Below, piece after piece: positions 33,711-46,863 of a stretch of DNA of 64,000 nucleotides. A model generated the notes under the pieces. It saw only the letters and a list, made by a program, of their open reading frames with translations. It was not told the DNA's origin and searched no databases. This DNA is from Caecitellus pseudoparvulus. Lineage: Eukaryota; Protista; Bigyra: Bicosoecida. The stretch spans positions 310,001-374,000 of the forward strand of contig CBFFRQ010000056.1 in the NCBI GenBank assembly GCA_965644315.1, in the 5' to 3' direction. How positions within the stretch are numbered: the first letter of the stretch is position 1; each line of letters starts with the position of its first letter. The position numbers and the translations under genes are program-made.

Positions 33711-36700
33711 ATGGAAACTGCAGATGCGGTGGCGAGCGTGGAGGCACCCGCAGACTATTCCGAGAAGGAATTACAAAAGCTGAGGAAGGCGGCACTTAAG
33801 TCTCTACGCGCCAAAGAAAAGGTATGGACTGCAGTGTGAGGCCTTCAGCGCCTGCCCGCGCCCGATCCATGATCGGTTCGCAACAACCAGGCCACTGCCA
33901 CCTGCCCTGCTCCCGCAGAGACGGAAAGCAGAGCACAAGGCTTTGGCTCGGAAGCTCAAGTCCCGTGATGAAGAGGAATCTATCCTTGCTGCTCAAGCTC
34001 CGGTCGACCTGGACTTCCTTCGCAACGGCGGTGGCATGGAGGTGTACTGCCGGCTGGTGCTGTCCAAGTCCCCCAGGGTCGCTCTCGCAGGCTTGAGGGC
34101 CCTGGAACGCATCCTGTGCCCGGATGTGGAAGAGTTCAGCGCGCCCCCTGCTTCTTGCGTGGACAAGGAGCTCGAGCGCCAGTGCCCTGCTTCTGCGGCA
34201 GATGCGGTGCTCTTGCTGCAGACAAGTGAAGCTGCTGGCAAGTGGAACTCGCTCGACTTGTTCGCTCGCCACTTCAGAAGCCACCATGAAACTCTCGTCC
34301 TGCCTGCTCTGCGCTGTTTTCGTGCAGTGGTCGCCAGCGTGGCAGCCCTTCCCCTGGACAACCCTCACCGATGGCGGTGGATGGCGGTGGTGTTGACTGC
34401 GGGAGACCCCCTCCCGGCCCTGCTCGAGGTGCTGGCGACGGGCATCGCAGCCGAGCAGAGTGGGGCACATCGTGCATTCAAAGCAAGGCAGGCTCTTGCC
34501 AAGTCCCTGGCGCTGCAGGCCCTCAAGGAAGCAGACGCCCCCACACCAGGCGAGCCGGGGCACGACCCTGCCTTGATGTCTGCCGCGCTAGGAGCCGCCA
34601 CAGAGCACCTCTTGGGCGCTGCGGAGGGATCTCGCAAGTCCCAAGCTCCTGTGCCGCCACCGGGCCCTGAAGCAGTCCTCGAGGCGGCACGTGCCTTGCG
34701 AGTCCTGTGCGCTGAAGTGTTCCACCCCTTGCGCCAGCCAGCCCACAAAGAGGGGGCGGCAGAGAACACAGCCCGCGAGGCCCTGGCTGCTGCCGCCTAT
34801 GGCCAAGCCATCGACTCAGCCCGGGTCAAGCTGGAGCGATTCCAAAAGCCACGGGCCGCTTTGGCGGAAGGTGCGGCAGAAGCACCTTCGACAAGCGTGT
34901 CTGCAGGCGCCGCTGCTGAAGGCGCTGCGCAGTCAAGCCCAGCTCACGAACAGGACCACGCACAAGAAGATGACCGTGCGTTGGACTTCGCAGATGCAGA
35001 CGCCTTCTTGGGCCCCCAGCTGGAGACTGAGGAAGGGGCAGATGACATTGAAGAGGCGCTGCTGCTGGTGTCGGAGGGATCGGACGCCGTCCTGCGCCAC
35101 TACGGGCAGGCTTTCCTGTTCCAGACCGAGGCGCCTGATTCGGGAGAGTCTGGTGGGGCTTCCCTCGCCTCTGATGCTGCTGCTGCTGCTGCTGAACTTG
35201 CTGGGACAGCTGGCGCAGTCGCTACTTTGTTGGGGCAAGCCAGCGAATGTGGCCGCTTGCGCACCTGCAGTGCGGCGGTGGTCACTGCTGATGGCTTGAC
35301 TCTGCCTCGTCCGGATGCCGAACCAGCACGCTGCAGACCTGACCTAAATGGTTTCAGCAGGGTTGCTCTTGCGCTGGGGGGCGCACAAGAGGATGGCACG
35401 GTGGCAAACACTGACCTTGCGGGAATGGTGGCTCCCCCTCACCCCGCCAGAGTTCCCGCCCTGAATTTGCTGCGCAGTGAAGTTGCGCTGCAAGGCATCC
35501 CTGAAGATGACTGGGATCTCACGGGGATGGAGGTGCTTTGCGGCTTACTAAACTACTCGGTGCTGCCTGATGCAGCCACAAGTACAGAAGCATCGTGGGC
35601 CACAGACACCGTGTTGGCACATGTCTCTGAGACGCTGGAGTCACACATGTCCTCGGCCACCGATGAAGCAGTTGAGTCCACACCACTGCCCGCGCTGGGC
35701 TCAGAGCGCTGTCTGTTAAGTGCCCCGCTTTCCGCTGCCAAAGCTTCGGCCCTGCAGCGCAAAATTCGCCAAGTGGGACTCGCACTGCTGTCAGACACGA
35801 CATTTGGCGCCAGTTTGTCGCGCAGTTGGCACAGTACAGCTGTGCTGCCTCGCTTGCTCGCGAGCCTGCAGCATCTCAAGCATCAACTGGCACAAGCAGT
35901 GCTGGCCGTCAAATACTCCAGGTTGAAGGCTGGGCAAGCCCGCGGCTTGGCACCGAAATCAGCAAGGGCCTCGCCTCGCAGCGCTAGCAAGGGGCGACGA
36001 AGCCCTTCGCCGACATCTGGCAAGCGAGAAGGCAAGCGCCGGAGTGCAAGCCCTCGCGGCCGCAGCCCGGACCGCCATCCTGATGGTGAACATGCTCCGG
36101 AAGCTTCAGCAGAATTGACGCCACAACCAGGGGACGCCGACTGGTCTCTCCCTGATGGAGTATGCTTTGACGATGTCCCGGGGCTGGATCGTTCGGTGGA
36201 GGAAGAGCTTCTCCGTGAATACCAAACAGAACCCCCGCCCTCATGCAGCAAGTCCCCGGCGGACAGATTCCTGGCAGAAACCTGTGCGGCCATTCAGCAT
36301 GGCCTTAACGCGGCATACAGGCTGTGCTGCGGGCTGCAGAGCGACGAAAGCAGTGTACGAGGTCAGCAAGCTGCTGCAGCGCGTGCGTTGTCTCGATTTC
36401 AGAGGGCAGCTGCGGCAGCCAGCGTTACCGGAGATTCAGCAATCACAGTGCTGCACTCGGGCATTGCCCAGGAAATGGCAGCTGCATCCGCAGCAGTGTC
36501 AGCTGTGGAATCTCAGTTGCCCCCAGCCGATTCCTCTGCAAAGAAGAAGAAGTCCAGTTCCGGGAAGGAGAAGCGGAAAGCGGGCGTAGCCGGTGACGAT
36601 GATGAAGGCAGAGACAGCCGCGCTGACCGCATTGCAAGGGCAGAGGCTGAGGCTCGCCACCGAATGGGGTGGCTGAGAAGTCAGTATGGGGCTTGGATTC

Positions 36701-39700
36701 CCGAGGAAGTGCTCGCGGCGGCTGAAGCGGCTGACGTGGAGGAGGCTCAGCGCTTGATGTCTGCGTCAGAAGAGCATGCGCAAAGTCACTCCGCCGGCTC
36801 GGCTGCCTCTGAAGACGTCTCACAGCTTGCGGTGGGGATGACCCGCATGCTTGGTGGCCAGCTGCCACCAGATGGCTGCCGTCCGCCTTCCCTGCTGCAG
36901 GGAGCCGAGGATGACCTGCGCCAAGGGGCAGCAGATGACAGCTGCGCGGAGCGCCAGCGGGGCTGGCTGCTGCAGCTCATGGTCGTAGCCTCACAATTTG
37001 CAGCCTGTCCGTATGACGAGAAAGTGGAAAGTGTTTTGAGAGCAGGCATGGGGCTCATGCGAGGTTTGCTGTGGGGAGGGGCGGAGGTGGTGCTGGATGG
37101 TGATGGCAAGTCGATCAAGGCTCTTCAGCTGGGTGCCGGTGCATTTGGCTGCGGCGATGCGTTTCGAATGGCTGCTCTGGAAGAGGCGAGGGTGCTTCCC
37201 GCTCTCTTTGGGATCTTACGTCACCCAATGGCGCCTTTACACGTGCGCGACGAAGCTGAGGCGACTCTACACCTTCTCATCACTTTCTGTGAACCAGTAG
37301 TGGTGGACTCTTCCCTGCGTGCGCGAGAGGTAACGATGGCGCAGGGCTCGTCACCTGAGCCACCTTCGACGGATGAGAAGCCAGGCCTCGCCTCTCGCGA
37401 CGTTTCGGCACTGCTTGCCCGCCTGCAAGAAGAACTACAAACGCAGAGCAGCTCCGCCAGCGTCGCTCAGCAGGACTTGCTAGAAGTGCTCAAGCAGACT
37501 ATGGCCCGGGTTGTTCCGGCGGACGACCCCCACCACCCACTGTCGAGGACGGCTGATGAAGTTGCGCCCATGCCTGCCTTGCCGGGTGAAGAGCTCTCCC
37601 CTTGGCGTGTCGGTGGTGCTGGACAAGTAGGCTACCGGAACGGCTCCTTGCTACCTTCCATGGCACCTTCGCTGGGCCACTTCCCGGCTGCGTATGTCGC
37701 TGGCGGCTCAGTCGACCCTCGAGTGCTCGCACCACACGATGATGTGCGTCTCGCAGCGGAGGGTCAACTCCCATGGCATGCTTGGATGGCGGGCTCGTCC
37801 CTCGCGGCAGCTTACGGGGCTTTTCAGCATGCGGAGGCGGATGCCACCCCTTTTTCCCCCAAGCTCCGGCAGGGAGGCAGCCCCTTAGGACGATGGCTTG
37901 GTGCAGCTGACATCCTCGCCTTACTTGTGGCGGATGCCTTTTCAAGCTTTGTGCGGGTACTTCGGGGCGGGGTGGCCTTGGGCGACCCAGTCGATGCGGC
38001 TGCGGAAGGGGCCGAAACGCCCCTCCCGTCTGACGGCCTTCCTGAAAGCGTTGGCCATGCTTTGCAGCTCATGCTGCAGAGAGCAGGGGGCGTAGCTGAT
38101 GAGCCTCTGGAAAAGGCCAGCGGGCCTCAAGCTCCAGAGAGCGGAGAAGGTGATGGGGCGGATTCACGCTCGCTGCCCTCGCCTCGAGTCAGTGTTTCTC
38201 TCCAGCTCCTCGCCTCTTTCGCGCGGGCTGCGCACGAAGAAGGCATGCCAGCAGACACTTTGCTTTCCCTCGCCAATACCCTGTACAAGTATTCACCTGG
38301 GAGTCACAGCTTGATGCTCAGGTATCCGGACCCCGAAAGCTTGTCGGAGCACCCTTTCCCGCCCCCAGCTGATGCCGACGCTGTTGCAGCTTTAGATGAA
38401 GCCGCAGCAGCCGGAAAAGGCAAGAAGAAAAGGCCTAGCTCCATGCCTGCAGCTGGAGGCGCTGAGGAGGTTAGCCGTGACCCTGGCGTTGCTCGCATGT
38501 CTGAGCTTGCGCGAGATGCACAGCTGCTGCTGGCGGCTACGATTGGGGTCCCTTTGCCCGCCGATCCGCACGTATTGCATAGCAGAGTCCAAGACCCTTG
38601 GGTATGCCGCATGCTTGAGAGCTCGTTCCAAGGCGGGGACGTAGATGAAGTGGAAGCCGAGGCGCTCATTCGCATGGTACTGCCTGTCCTGGCCGTCCCG
38701 CCGATCGCCAGCCCAGACCCGTCCATTTCCTTCGGCGGGCCGGAGCGGAAAGGCAAGGACAAGAAGAAAGACAGAAAGAAAGCCCCTGGCTCAAAGTCCT
38801 CCCAACAAGGGACAGATGATGGCGAAGATGCCTCGGCTGCATTCGATGCTGTGGCCCGCCTGTTACGAGGTGCCTCTGGGGCAATGGTGGGCACAGTGAG
38901 CTGGGCGGTTGATACGCAACTGCGTGGAACACGATTTGTGTTTGCTCTGCTTCAAGGCGTTGCGTCGGGGTCTACACCTGTTCAGAGCAGCGCAGCAACC
39001 TTGGCGCATTTCCTGGCGGGAGCGGGGGTCACTCCACTGCTGCTACGCGCGGTAGTTGGCAGTTTGACGACCACAAAAGGCGAAAGCTCAGCGTCTGGAG
39101 CGGGGGTTGCGACTGAAATGCCAGTGCCAGCATTCGTTCCGGGGCTCGCTGGCGAGTCTGCTTCGGTTGGTGGCGAGCTTGGCTCCTCGCCTTCGGTCGC
39201 CACAGGAAATGCCGACGCCAAAGCAGAGCTCTGTGCTCTCAGCTGTATGGCCTTGAGCGTGCTATTGAGACTCAGTCCGGTCGCTGCTGCCCATGCCGGC
39301 ACACTCGCGTCCAAAGTGGTGCCTCGGCTGGCTGGGGAAGTCCAGGCACCGTCACTGAGGCGCGTGGCAGTCCTCAAGGCATGGCATGCGATCGGCATTC
39401 CCGCTTCCCCCCACCCCTTCATTGTGCCGCAGTCGGCGGGGAGCGGCTTTTCAGCGTTCGAAAAGTCTGGTCGCTCCTCGGCAGCCATGGCCAGGAACGC
39501 GGGCCTCACAGCTGTTTTTTCACCAGTCTCCCTGCCGGAGTGTGCGCTGGACGTGCTGTGTGCCATGGCAGAAAGCGACGGCTTGCATCGGAGTGTGCAT
39601 AGCAAGCGGCTCACCCCGGCCCTGCAAGCGGCAGGCCAAGAAGCGCTGGCAGTTGTCTTTGCGCAGGGCATGCCTGCGGCTGCAGACAAACCTTCGCCGC

Positions 39701-42700
39701 GCAGCAGGGCTGAAAAGTCCCCAAAGTCTCGCGGCTCGAAGAGTCCAAAGGCGAGCACAGCAGATGCTGCGAGCCCACCGCCACAGGTCCACTCGGATGG
39801 TGTGGATGGTGCTGTGCCATCGTGGTCACCTGGCTATGCTGCGGGGCGTGCCGTTGTGCTGCAGGTGCCGGGATTGCTGCAGACTAGCACAAACGCGTCC
39901 CTGATTGCTCAACGTGGACTCAGATTTTCGTGTGCTTTGCTTGCCACTGTTGCTGCTGCTCTGCGCGTGCCAGATGCCAAGGAGCTTTTGCTGTCGATGG
40001 GGCTTGAGCGCTGCACGGAAGCTTGGTGGGCACAGGTGACAGACCTGCGGACAGCCTTGAACACCCTTGCCAGGGAAGCCCATGCAGGGTACACGCGATT
40101 GACAGAGCCCGCAGGGGTTGTCGACGAGGCAGCAGCTTCAAGCATGCCTGCATGGATGCTTGACGCCCAAGCAGAGGCCATCCGCAGGCAGCACCTTCGA
40201 GACGCAAAAAAGTGTCAGCAACAAGCTGCTAACCTCTTGCAGCGCTCTGTTGACACGCTCTTCCCCACGTCAGTGGGTCCCTGGGCTTTCAGCAGCCTCG
40301 CGTCCATCACCAGCGGTGAAAGCTGCGAGTGGCCTGCCATACCTGCCGAAGACTTTACGCTTGGAACCCACAACATGTCCACGGATGAAGATGTGCGCGG
40401 GAATGTCAAGTCTCCTCGGAGCAGTCGAAGAGTACCAGGTAGCCGCCGAGAGGTGTCGAGACGGGCGTCTCGATCGCCTGAAGGGAAGCACAGCGGGCCA
40501 ATGCTATCAGATGCTGCCCTTTGGGGTTTGCGATTGGAGCCCAGCCACCCTGTCATGGAGGAGGATATGGACAGCTTGTGGCTGCAAGGCGGCGACTTTG
40601 CAGGCTCTTTTGCTCCATCGATGGTGCAGCTGACTGCTTTACTTCCGCCTGGCGTGGAAGTGGATCGGTTTGTTCCGGCAGATGGGAAGAAGAGCCCCCG
40701 GAGCAAGAAGGGGAGAAGTCCCAAGGCGGCAGATCACGGCTCAGTTCCACCAAGCAGTGGTCCAGGAGTCTGGACCGCTTTCCTCCCGCAGGATGATGTG
40801 GGCGATGGCTCGGGCGACTCTGACGAGATGGACAGCCCAGCTCTGGCATTGAGAAAGGCTGCTGATGCTTGGCGAGAAGTTCAGGCTGCTGTACGAGGAG
40901 TTGGCGCACTGCTTGCGACCGCATCTCGGGGCGATGCCTCGTGCCCTTTGCGCCAACCACGGCACTTCTCATTGACACCAACGCAACATGCCATGCAATC
41001 GCTCGTGCAGCTGCAAGTGCTTTCTTGTACTGGTTCTGGAGTGGATGATGCATCAGCCTCTGGCAAGTTGCCTCCTTGGGCGGCTCTTCAGAATGACACG
41101 GTTGAGGCATCACTTGCGGCCCCCGCCGTTGACTCTGGGGCTCGACTCCACTCTGACAGTGTAGAGGGTGCTGCCAAGGGTGAGGCTGAGCTTTCAGCCC
41201 TTGAAGTGGCACAGTCTCATGCTGACTGGGGCAGCTTGACGCCTGTAGAGGCATTGCGAGAAGCCTCTCGCTGCGGCTTTGCGACAGACCTGCTGGAGTT
41301 GCTGCTCGTCCAGCCGCTGTGCAGCCCCAGTGGTGCCGGGCACTTGGCCCCACTATCCCTTGCTTGCGCTATTGCGCCGCTTGATGGAAGCGTCGCAGTA
41401 GGTATGGCACACGTGTGCCAGCTGGTCGTCGCCTCTGTCGGTGTGCTGTGGGGTGCGGCCGTGGATCAGCACCGATCCCTTGGCAGCCAGAGCGTTGTGT
41501 CTGACGCTATTGCTGCGGCAGTCGTCCGCTCAGGCGCACTTGTGCAGCTGGTGTCCCTCTTGGATCCACTTCCTCAACCTGAACTGGCCAACGACTTGCC
41601 TGAAGTGCTGGACTTTGACACGTGGCAGCAGCAAGTGCAGTCAAGCAGGCATGTGGATGAGCAAGGTCTCGAAGGAAGCTCAACAGAGTCAACAAGCTTG
41701 GATGACCGAGCCGCCATCCTCGCGTGGTCTGCGGTGCTTGCAAACTATGATGAGTTTGTGAGATGTTCCCAGGGAGCTCACGCCATTGCTGCGGCTGAAG
41801 CGTGCCAGCCGCCTGCTACCGGGCGCTCAGCACCTCCGCAGGCCTTGTCATTAGAATTGCAGAGTGAGTGGCAGGCCTGTCTGCGGTGCCTGGTAGCGTG
41901 CATTTCTATGAGGGGCGTGCTAAGGGCTGGCCAATGGCAGACAAGCACGGAACTCGTCGAAGTTGATGCAGCAGAGGCAGGCGCGCCGGCAAAGAAGGGG
42001 AAGCGTCACAGTGGTGGTGGGGATGCTGAAGGGTCCCTCCAAAAACGCATGGAGCCGCGAGTTCTCGGGCGTCAGGACCCAGCCATGGGACCGACAGTGA
42101 AGCAGTGGGGCATTTTGCTAAACGCCGCGCAGCCTTGCGCCAGGTATCCGACCCAGGAGTCCCTGGAGCGGCAAGCAACCTCCAGGCCAGCATCTGACCA
42201 GCAACTCCTCGCTGAAGCAGTGCGCACAGGTTTTCAGCCGTCCATCATGACGCCCCTGCATGCGGCAAGTGCGACAGGTGACCTGTGGGCGCTGTCGGTA
42301 TTGATTGGCGCAAGTGCCAGCAACGCCGGGGCTAGCCTCCTACATGCTGTCAGCGCCACACACAGCGACAGCATGGTCGGCGAAGAGCAAACGTTGCCTG
42401 ACTTGGCTCCCTCTCCGGCGTTGCTGGAGCGCTTGAGCCTTCGTCCTCAGAAGGAACTTGACTCCATGCCCGCTGGCTTCCACCCTCTTTGTGGCGTGGA
42501 TGTCAACGCTCGAGATGATGCGGGGCGGTCGCCTGCCATTGTGGCTCTGACCCACGGGCATGTACATGCGGCTTTGGCTCTCCTTGCTTGTGGTACAGAT
42601 GTTGATAGCGCTGACAACGCAGGAAGGCCGCTTTTGAAGTTTGCACTGCTAGCCCCAGATCAAGGCGCTTTCCATGCCGTACAAGGAGCTGCAGAGCACC

Positions 42701-45700
42701 TGCCGAATGCCCAGTGCACCCCGTTCCCTCTGCCCTGCTGGGAGTGGGGCCGAGTGCCTGGTCCCGACGCACAAAAGCTGGCCCAAGCCTTGTCTCGGAC
42801 GAGCTCGCATGGCACCCAGGCAACCACCGCTGGAAACACACCTGACATTGCAGCCTCACGCATTCAAGCACTTGCTCGGGGGAGGGCTTCCAGACGCCGG
42901 AGAGCCATTGTCACAGACCAGCGACCCGACGCCCATGAGGCAGCAACCAAGATCCAAGCTTTCGCTCGAGGCAAGGCAGCTCGCGCAGCACCGTACAAGT
43001 TCGTTGAACACAGTAGGCTGCTAGTAAACCAAGCCACTGCACGAGCGCTGCACTCACCAAATGCCGAGATCTTGCCCTCCGATGCTCGGGTGCTCATCAG
43101 CATTCCCTTGGTGTACGCTGGCGGCTTCGCTGCGGCTCTCTTCAAGTTTCTGCTACACTCCGGTGCGGATGGGGGCTGCAGCGATGCCCGAGGCAATCGC
43201 CCTCTTCATTGGGCTATTTCTGGCTGCAGCGCAAGAACCCGGGTGGGCAGCTGCCAGGTGCAGCTCACTGCTCTTTGGAGCCCTGCCCAAGCCATGAAGC
43301 TGTGTCAAGCAGCAGTGTCAGCTCACGGTTTTGGCGGTCTTGACGTAGCAAATTGCCACGGAGAAACCGCACTGCACGCCTGCTTCGCAGCTGGTCAACC
43401 TGCGTTGGGGGCTTGGCTGTTGCGGGCTGGGGCGCACCCGAACCTATGCGATGCCCGAGGAAACTTGCCCCTGCACTATGCGGCCCTTGGCAGGGGATGG
43501 GGAAGTGAGAAGCAGCAGCCCCTTACTTTCACTCACCCGGGAAGCGCTCCAGGTGACTCGTGCATCGCGGAAGCTGTGGCACAGCATGGACACCAAGCTG
43601 AGGCCGTGGCCCTGCTCTTGGAAGCAGGTGCCAAGTGGCCTATCGCTGATGCTGTTTCCCAGAAGCCTCTGCAGGGGACGTCTCCTGCGGAAAAAGCTGA
43701 GTCTCGCCTTCACCTTGCGCTCGACACGGCTTTCAAGAGCGTCGTCGAGCCAGGCGCACTGACCAGTGTGCCTGCTTCTGTCCCCAAGCTGCTGTGCACC
43801 CGCAACCAGGCTGGCCTCACACCACTTCATGTCGTGGTGGGTGGCAGCATACATGACTGGCACTCTCAAGCTGCTGGCTTGCCTGTCACCCGGCAGGCGG
43901 CACCTCCCATCTCCCCGCTGTCGCTTTGTGGCGGCGTGGACTCTCAGCGGGGCACTGCGGGCGGGCAGCTCTTTGCGTCTGCAACGCACAGTGCGCACGC
44001 TCTGTCAATCCTGACAGCCTCAGCTGTCGTACAGGAGCGTGCAGGTGATCTGCACGCGAGCAGTGAGCTTCTTGCTTCGTCCACTGGCGCAGAGCCCCCT
44101 TCTGAGCGGTGTTTGGACCTAACACTGGGCCAAGCAGCTGAAGAAGCAGCTGCTCGTGCAAGCATCCTTTCGCTTCTTCTCTCTACGGAAGACTGGGAGC
44201 AGGAAGCACGACCGTCGACATGTGCCGCGGCTAATGGCTTGACGGCCGGCCACCTCCTTGCGTTGTCGTGGTACGACTACCTCCGTGTGCTGCCGTTGCA
44301 GCTATCAGAAACTGCCGCAAAGCCAGGACGAAAGGCCATGCCAAGCCTAGGTGCACGCAAAAGTACTGATGGCGGCAGCTACTGTGCGGGCTTCATTGAA
44401 GTGCCGCTGCCTCCGCCGCCTGGAAAGCCGGCAAATCAACCCACAGCCAGCCCCTGCTCCTCAGCTGCCGAGTCCAAGTCTTCATCACCCCTTGAGGTGA
44501 GGCCAGCACGTAGTAGCTCACCTTTGGATGCTCACATTGATGCTGTTGTGGCGGCTGTGTCTGGGGACGCTGCCAATGCGCCAGCTGCCGCGAACCCTGC
44601 CTCTCACCCGAGGGCTGATGCCCTGGAGGCGGGTTGGAGCTCTGCTGTGTATAGCGCAGACGCCTTTACGCATGATGGAGACCACAACGTGGACATGGAA
44701 GACTCTAAAGTGGCACAGTGCGACGAAGCGGCTTCTTCTGCGGATGGCACTGACTCCTCACCAGCGAAGCTTGACACCGCCGGTGAAGAGGAGCACCCAG
44801 CGTCTTCCGTACCACCCGGCGTCAGCAGCCATTCTTCGGTCTCCTCTGGTGACAGTTTGAGCCCGATTCCGCGAGCTGTGCAATACTTCTTGCAGGATCC
44901 TCAGCAAACGCTGCCCGAAGAGCACGCGGCGCTGCTTCACGAAGCCGGGACCCTCTTGCGCGCATGGGGGCAAGAGGGCGCCCCTGAGCAAGCCCCGCCG
45001 TCTGCCACACCAGCTGCATCAGATCTGTGCGAGGATATGCAGGGCAGCCCTGATGCACTGTGGAGTAAGCCCGCTGGCTCTTCGGTGCACTTCACGCAAG
45101 AGTGTGGACCTGCAAGTGACTCCAGCACGCAGCAGCTCGGTGGCGTGGTGCACCCTGCTTCCAAAATGTGGCATGCCTCGTATTGCAAGATGGCCAAGCT
45201 TCTGGCAGGCATTCCTGTGGTGGATGCACTCAGCAGGCTTGTCTTGCCTGGGAGCCAGCACTCTGAAGACGGTCCAGCTTGGCCACAGCCCAGCTGGACC
45301 GCCCTCGCACCGCTCCACTGCGCCTTGATAGCCAAGGCGAATGTGCCAGCCGGTCTGTTTGCTGTTGCTGTAGATGTGCTCCAAGAAGACTCTCCTGATT
45401 GTGCTGCTTGGGGCTTGTTGGCTGCGGGTGCCAAGTGCATGCCATGGCTAGAGACACCGGGCACACCAGAATGCTCAAAGCCGCAGATCGAAACGGCGGC
45501 GCCTTGCATCCCAGCTGTGCTCCCATTTCCACCTGCATTGCACCTTGCCACAGCTGCCCAGTCCGAGCTTCCCTTGCGAGCCGAATTGCTTCGCCGCATG
45601 GCCGCTGAAGAGCTCCAGTTTGTTCACTGTGGAATGGAGCGCCAAGAGCAACATGAGAAGACAGCAGACTCAAGCATGGCACTGCAAGACCTGGGTTTCG

Positions 45701-46818
45701 GGGCGCTGGCACATGCCGCGTCACGAGGCAGCATTCAGCCATCAGTGCTGAAAGCCCTTCTCAACGGCTCAAGCCTCCAAACAGAGGTACCGGTCCCTTC
45801 GTCAACAGCGATTCGGGCGGTGCTGGTGGAGAGTGACAGTGCCCATGAGGTGCTGCCTTTGCCGCCAAGCCGGTGGAACGCCAACTTGCTTGGCGTACCC
45901 GCCACAGTGTCCCCGGGTTCAAGCCAGGAAGATGCCCTGATCACGCTGTTGAACAAGTTCTCGGCCAGCTGGCCCTCGAAGTCTGTCTCAGCTTCGCTAG
46001 GCACAGCAGCACATATTGCAGCTGCAATCGGGGATGTCAGCGGACTGCGCTTCTTTTTGACAGCTCCCGGTTTTCAGCCTGAGTCCAGGCTCGGTGATGG
46101 ACTCTCCCTTGCAAATCGCGTGAACGCCGCTGTCAACCCTGGCATCCTGGCAGAAGCCCACACACAGGCCACCACTGCCCCTGGTTCTGGCTGGACCCTT
46201 CTGCACATAGCCGTCGCGTTTCAGCAAAAAGCATCTGTGGTTTGCTTGCTCGAGAACCTGGCCGAGGGAGATGTTGAGTGGATTCTCCACGCAAGAGACT
46301 GGCACGGTCACACAGCCCTCGCATACGCCGTTGCGAGTCAGCGCCTTCCCATCGTGAGGCTTCTGGCTGCGCGTATGCGTGCCGAACAGCTGTGGGAGCA
46401 ATGCGAATCGGACGGCTCGGAGGCATATGAAGCATACAAGGGCTCGCCACTTCTTCTGGCTGAAGTGTTGAACTTGCACTTTCACGAGCTACATGAGCAA
46501 TCCTCGGCAGATGCAGGAGGTGATGTCTCTGTGGCGTCGCAGCTTGCTCAGTCGGAAGCAAGCACCGCAGGTGGTCTTGAAGCTGGGTTGCTCTCAGAGC
46601 GTAAGACTGGCGGCATCCCCCCCGGGGAGCTCTCTTTGCTCGGCTTAAGTCGAGGCAGCAATCAGCGAGAAAGCCCCGCAAACTCTCTTGCAGCGTCGGA
46701 GGCCATCGCTTCGTTCCTTCTCGAGGCTTCTCGCTCAGCGGTTGGTGTTCCACACTTACACCCATGCTTTGAAACGGGCAAGACCCGCTCGGAGTGGGAA
46801 GTGGCAGAGAAGAAGTAG
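33711..46818 (+). CDS. Giant (~4336 aa) ankyrin-repeat protein with two IQ motifs and a long helical (ARM-like) N-terminal region; exons 33711-33821, 33919-46818
   Basis: Single 12.9-kb exon. Ankyrin motifs: TPLHAAS, VNARDDAGRSPA, HGETALHAC, GNLPLHYAA, GWTLLHIAV, GHTALAYAV. IQ motifs: AASRIQALARG, AATKIQAFARG. A GTATGG...CGCAG intron adds a 37-aa first exon in frame. Confidence 0.85.
35176..35193 (+). repeat. (GCT)6 coding microsatellite (poly-Ala)
   Basis: gctgctgctgctgctgct, in frame within the ankyrin gene. Confidence 0.7.
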
Positions 46819-46863
46819 AGAAATTCACATGAATTACACATACCGCCCGGCGCACACCTTCAC

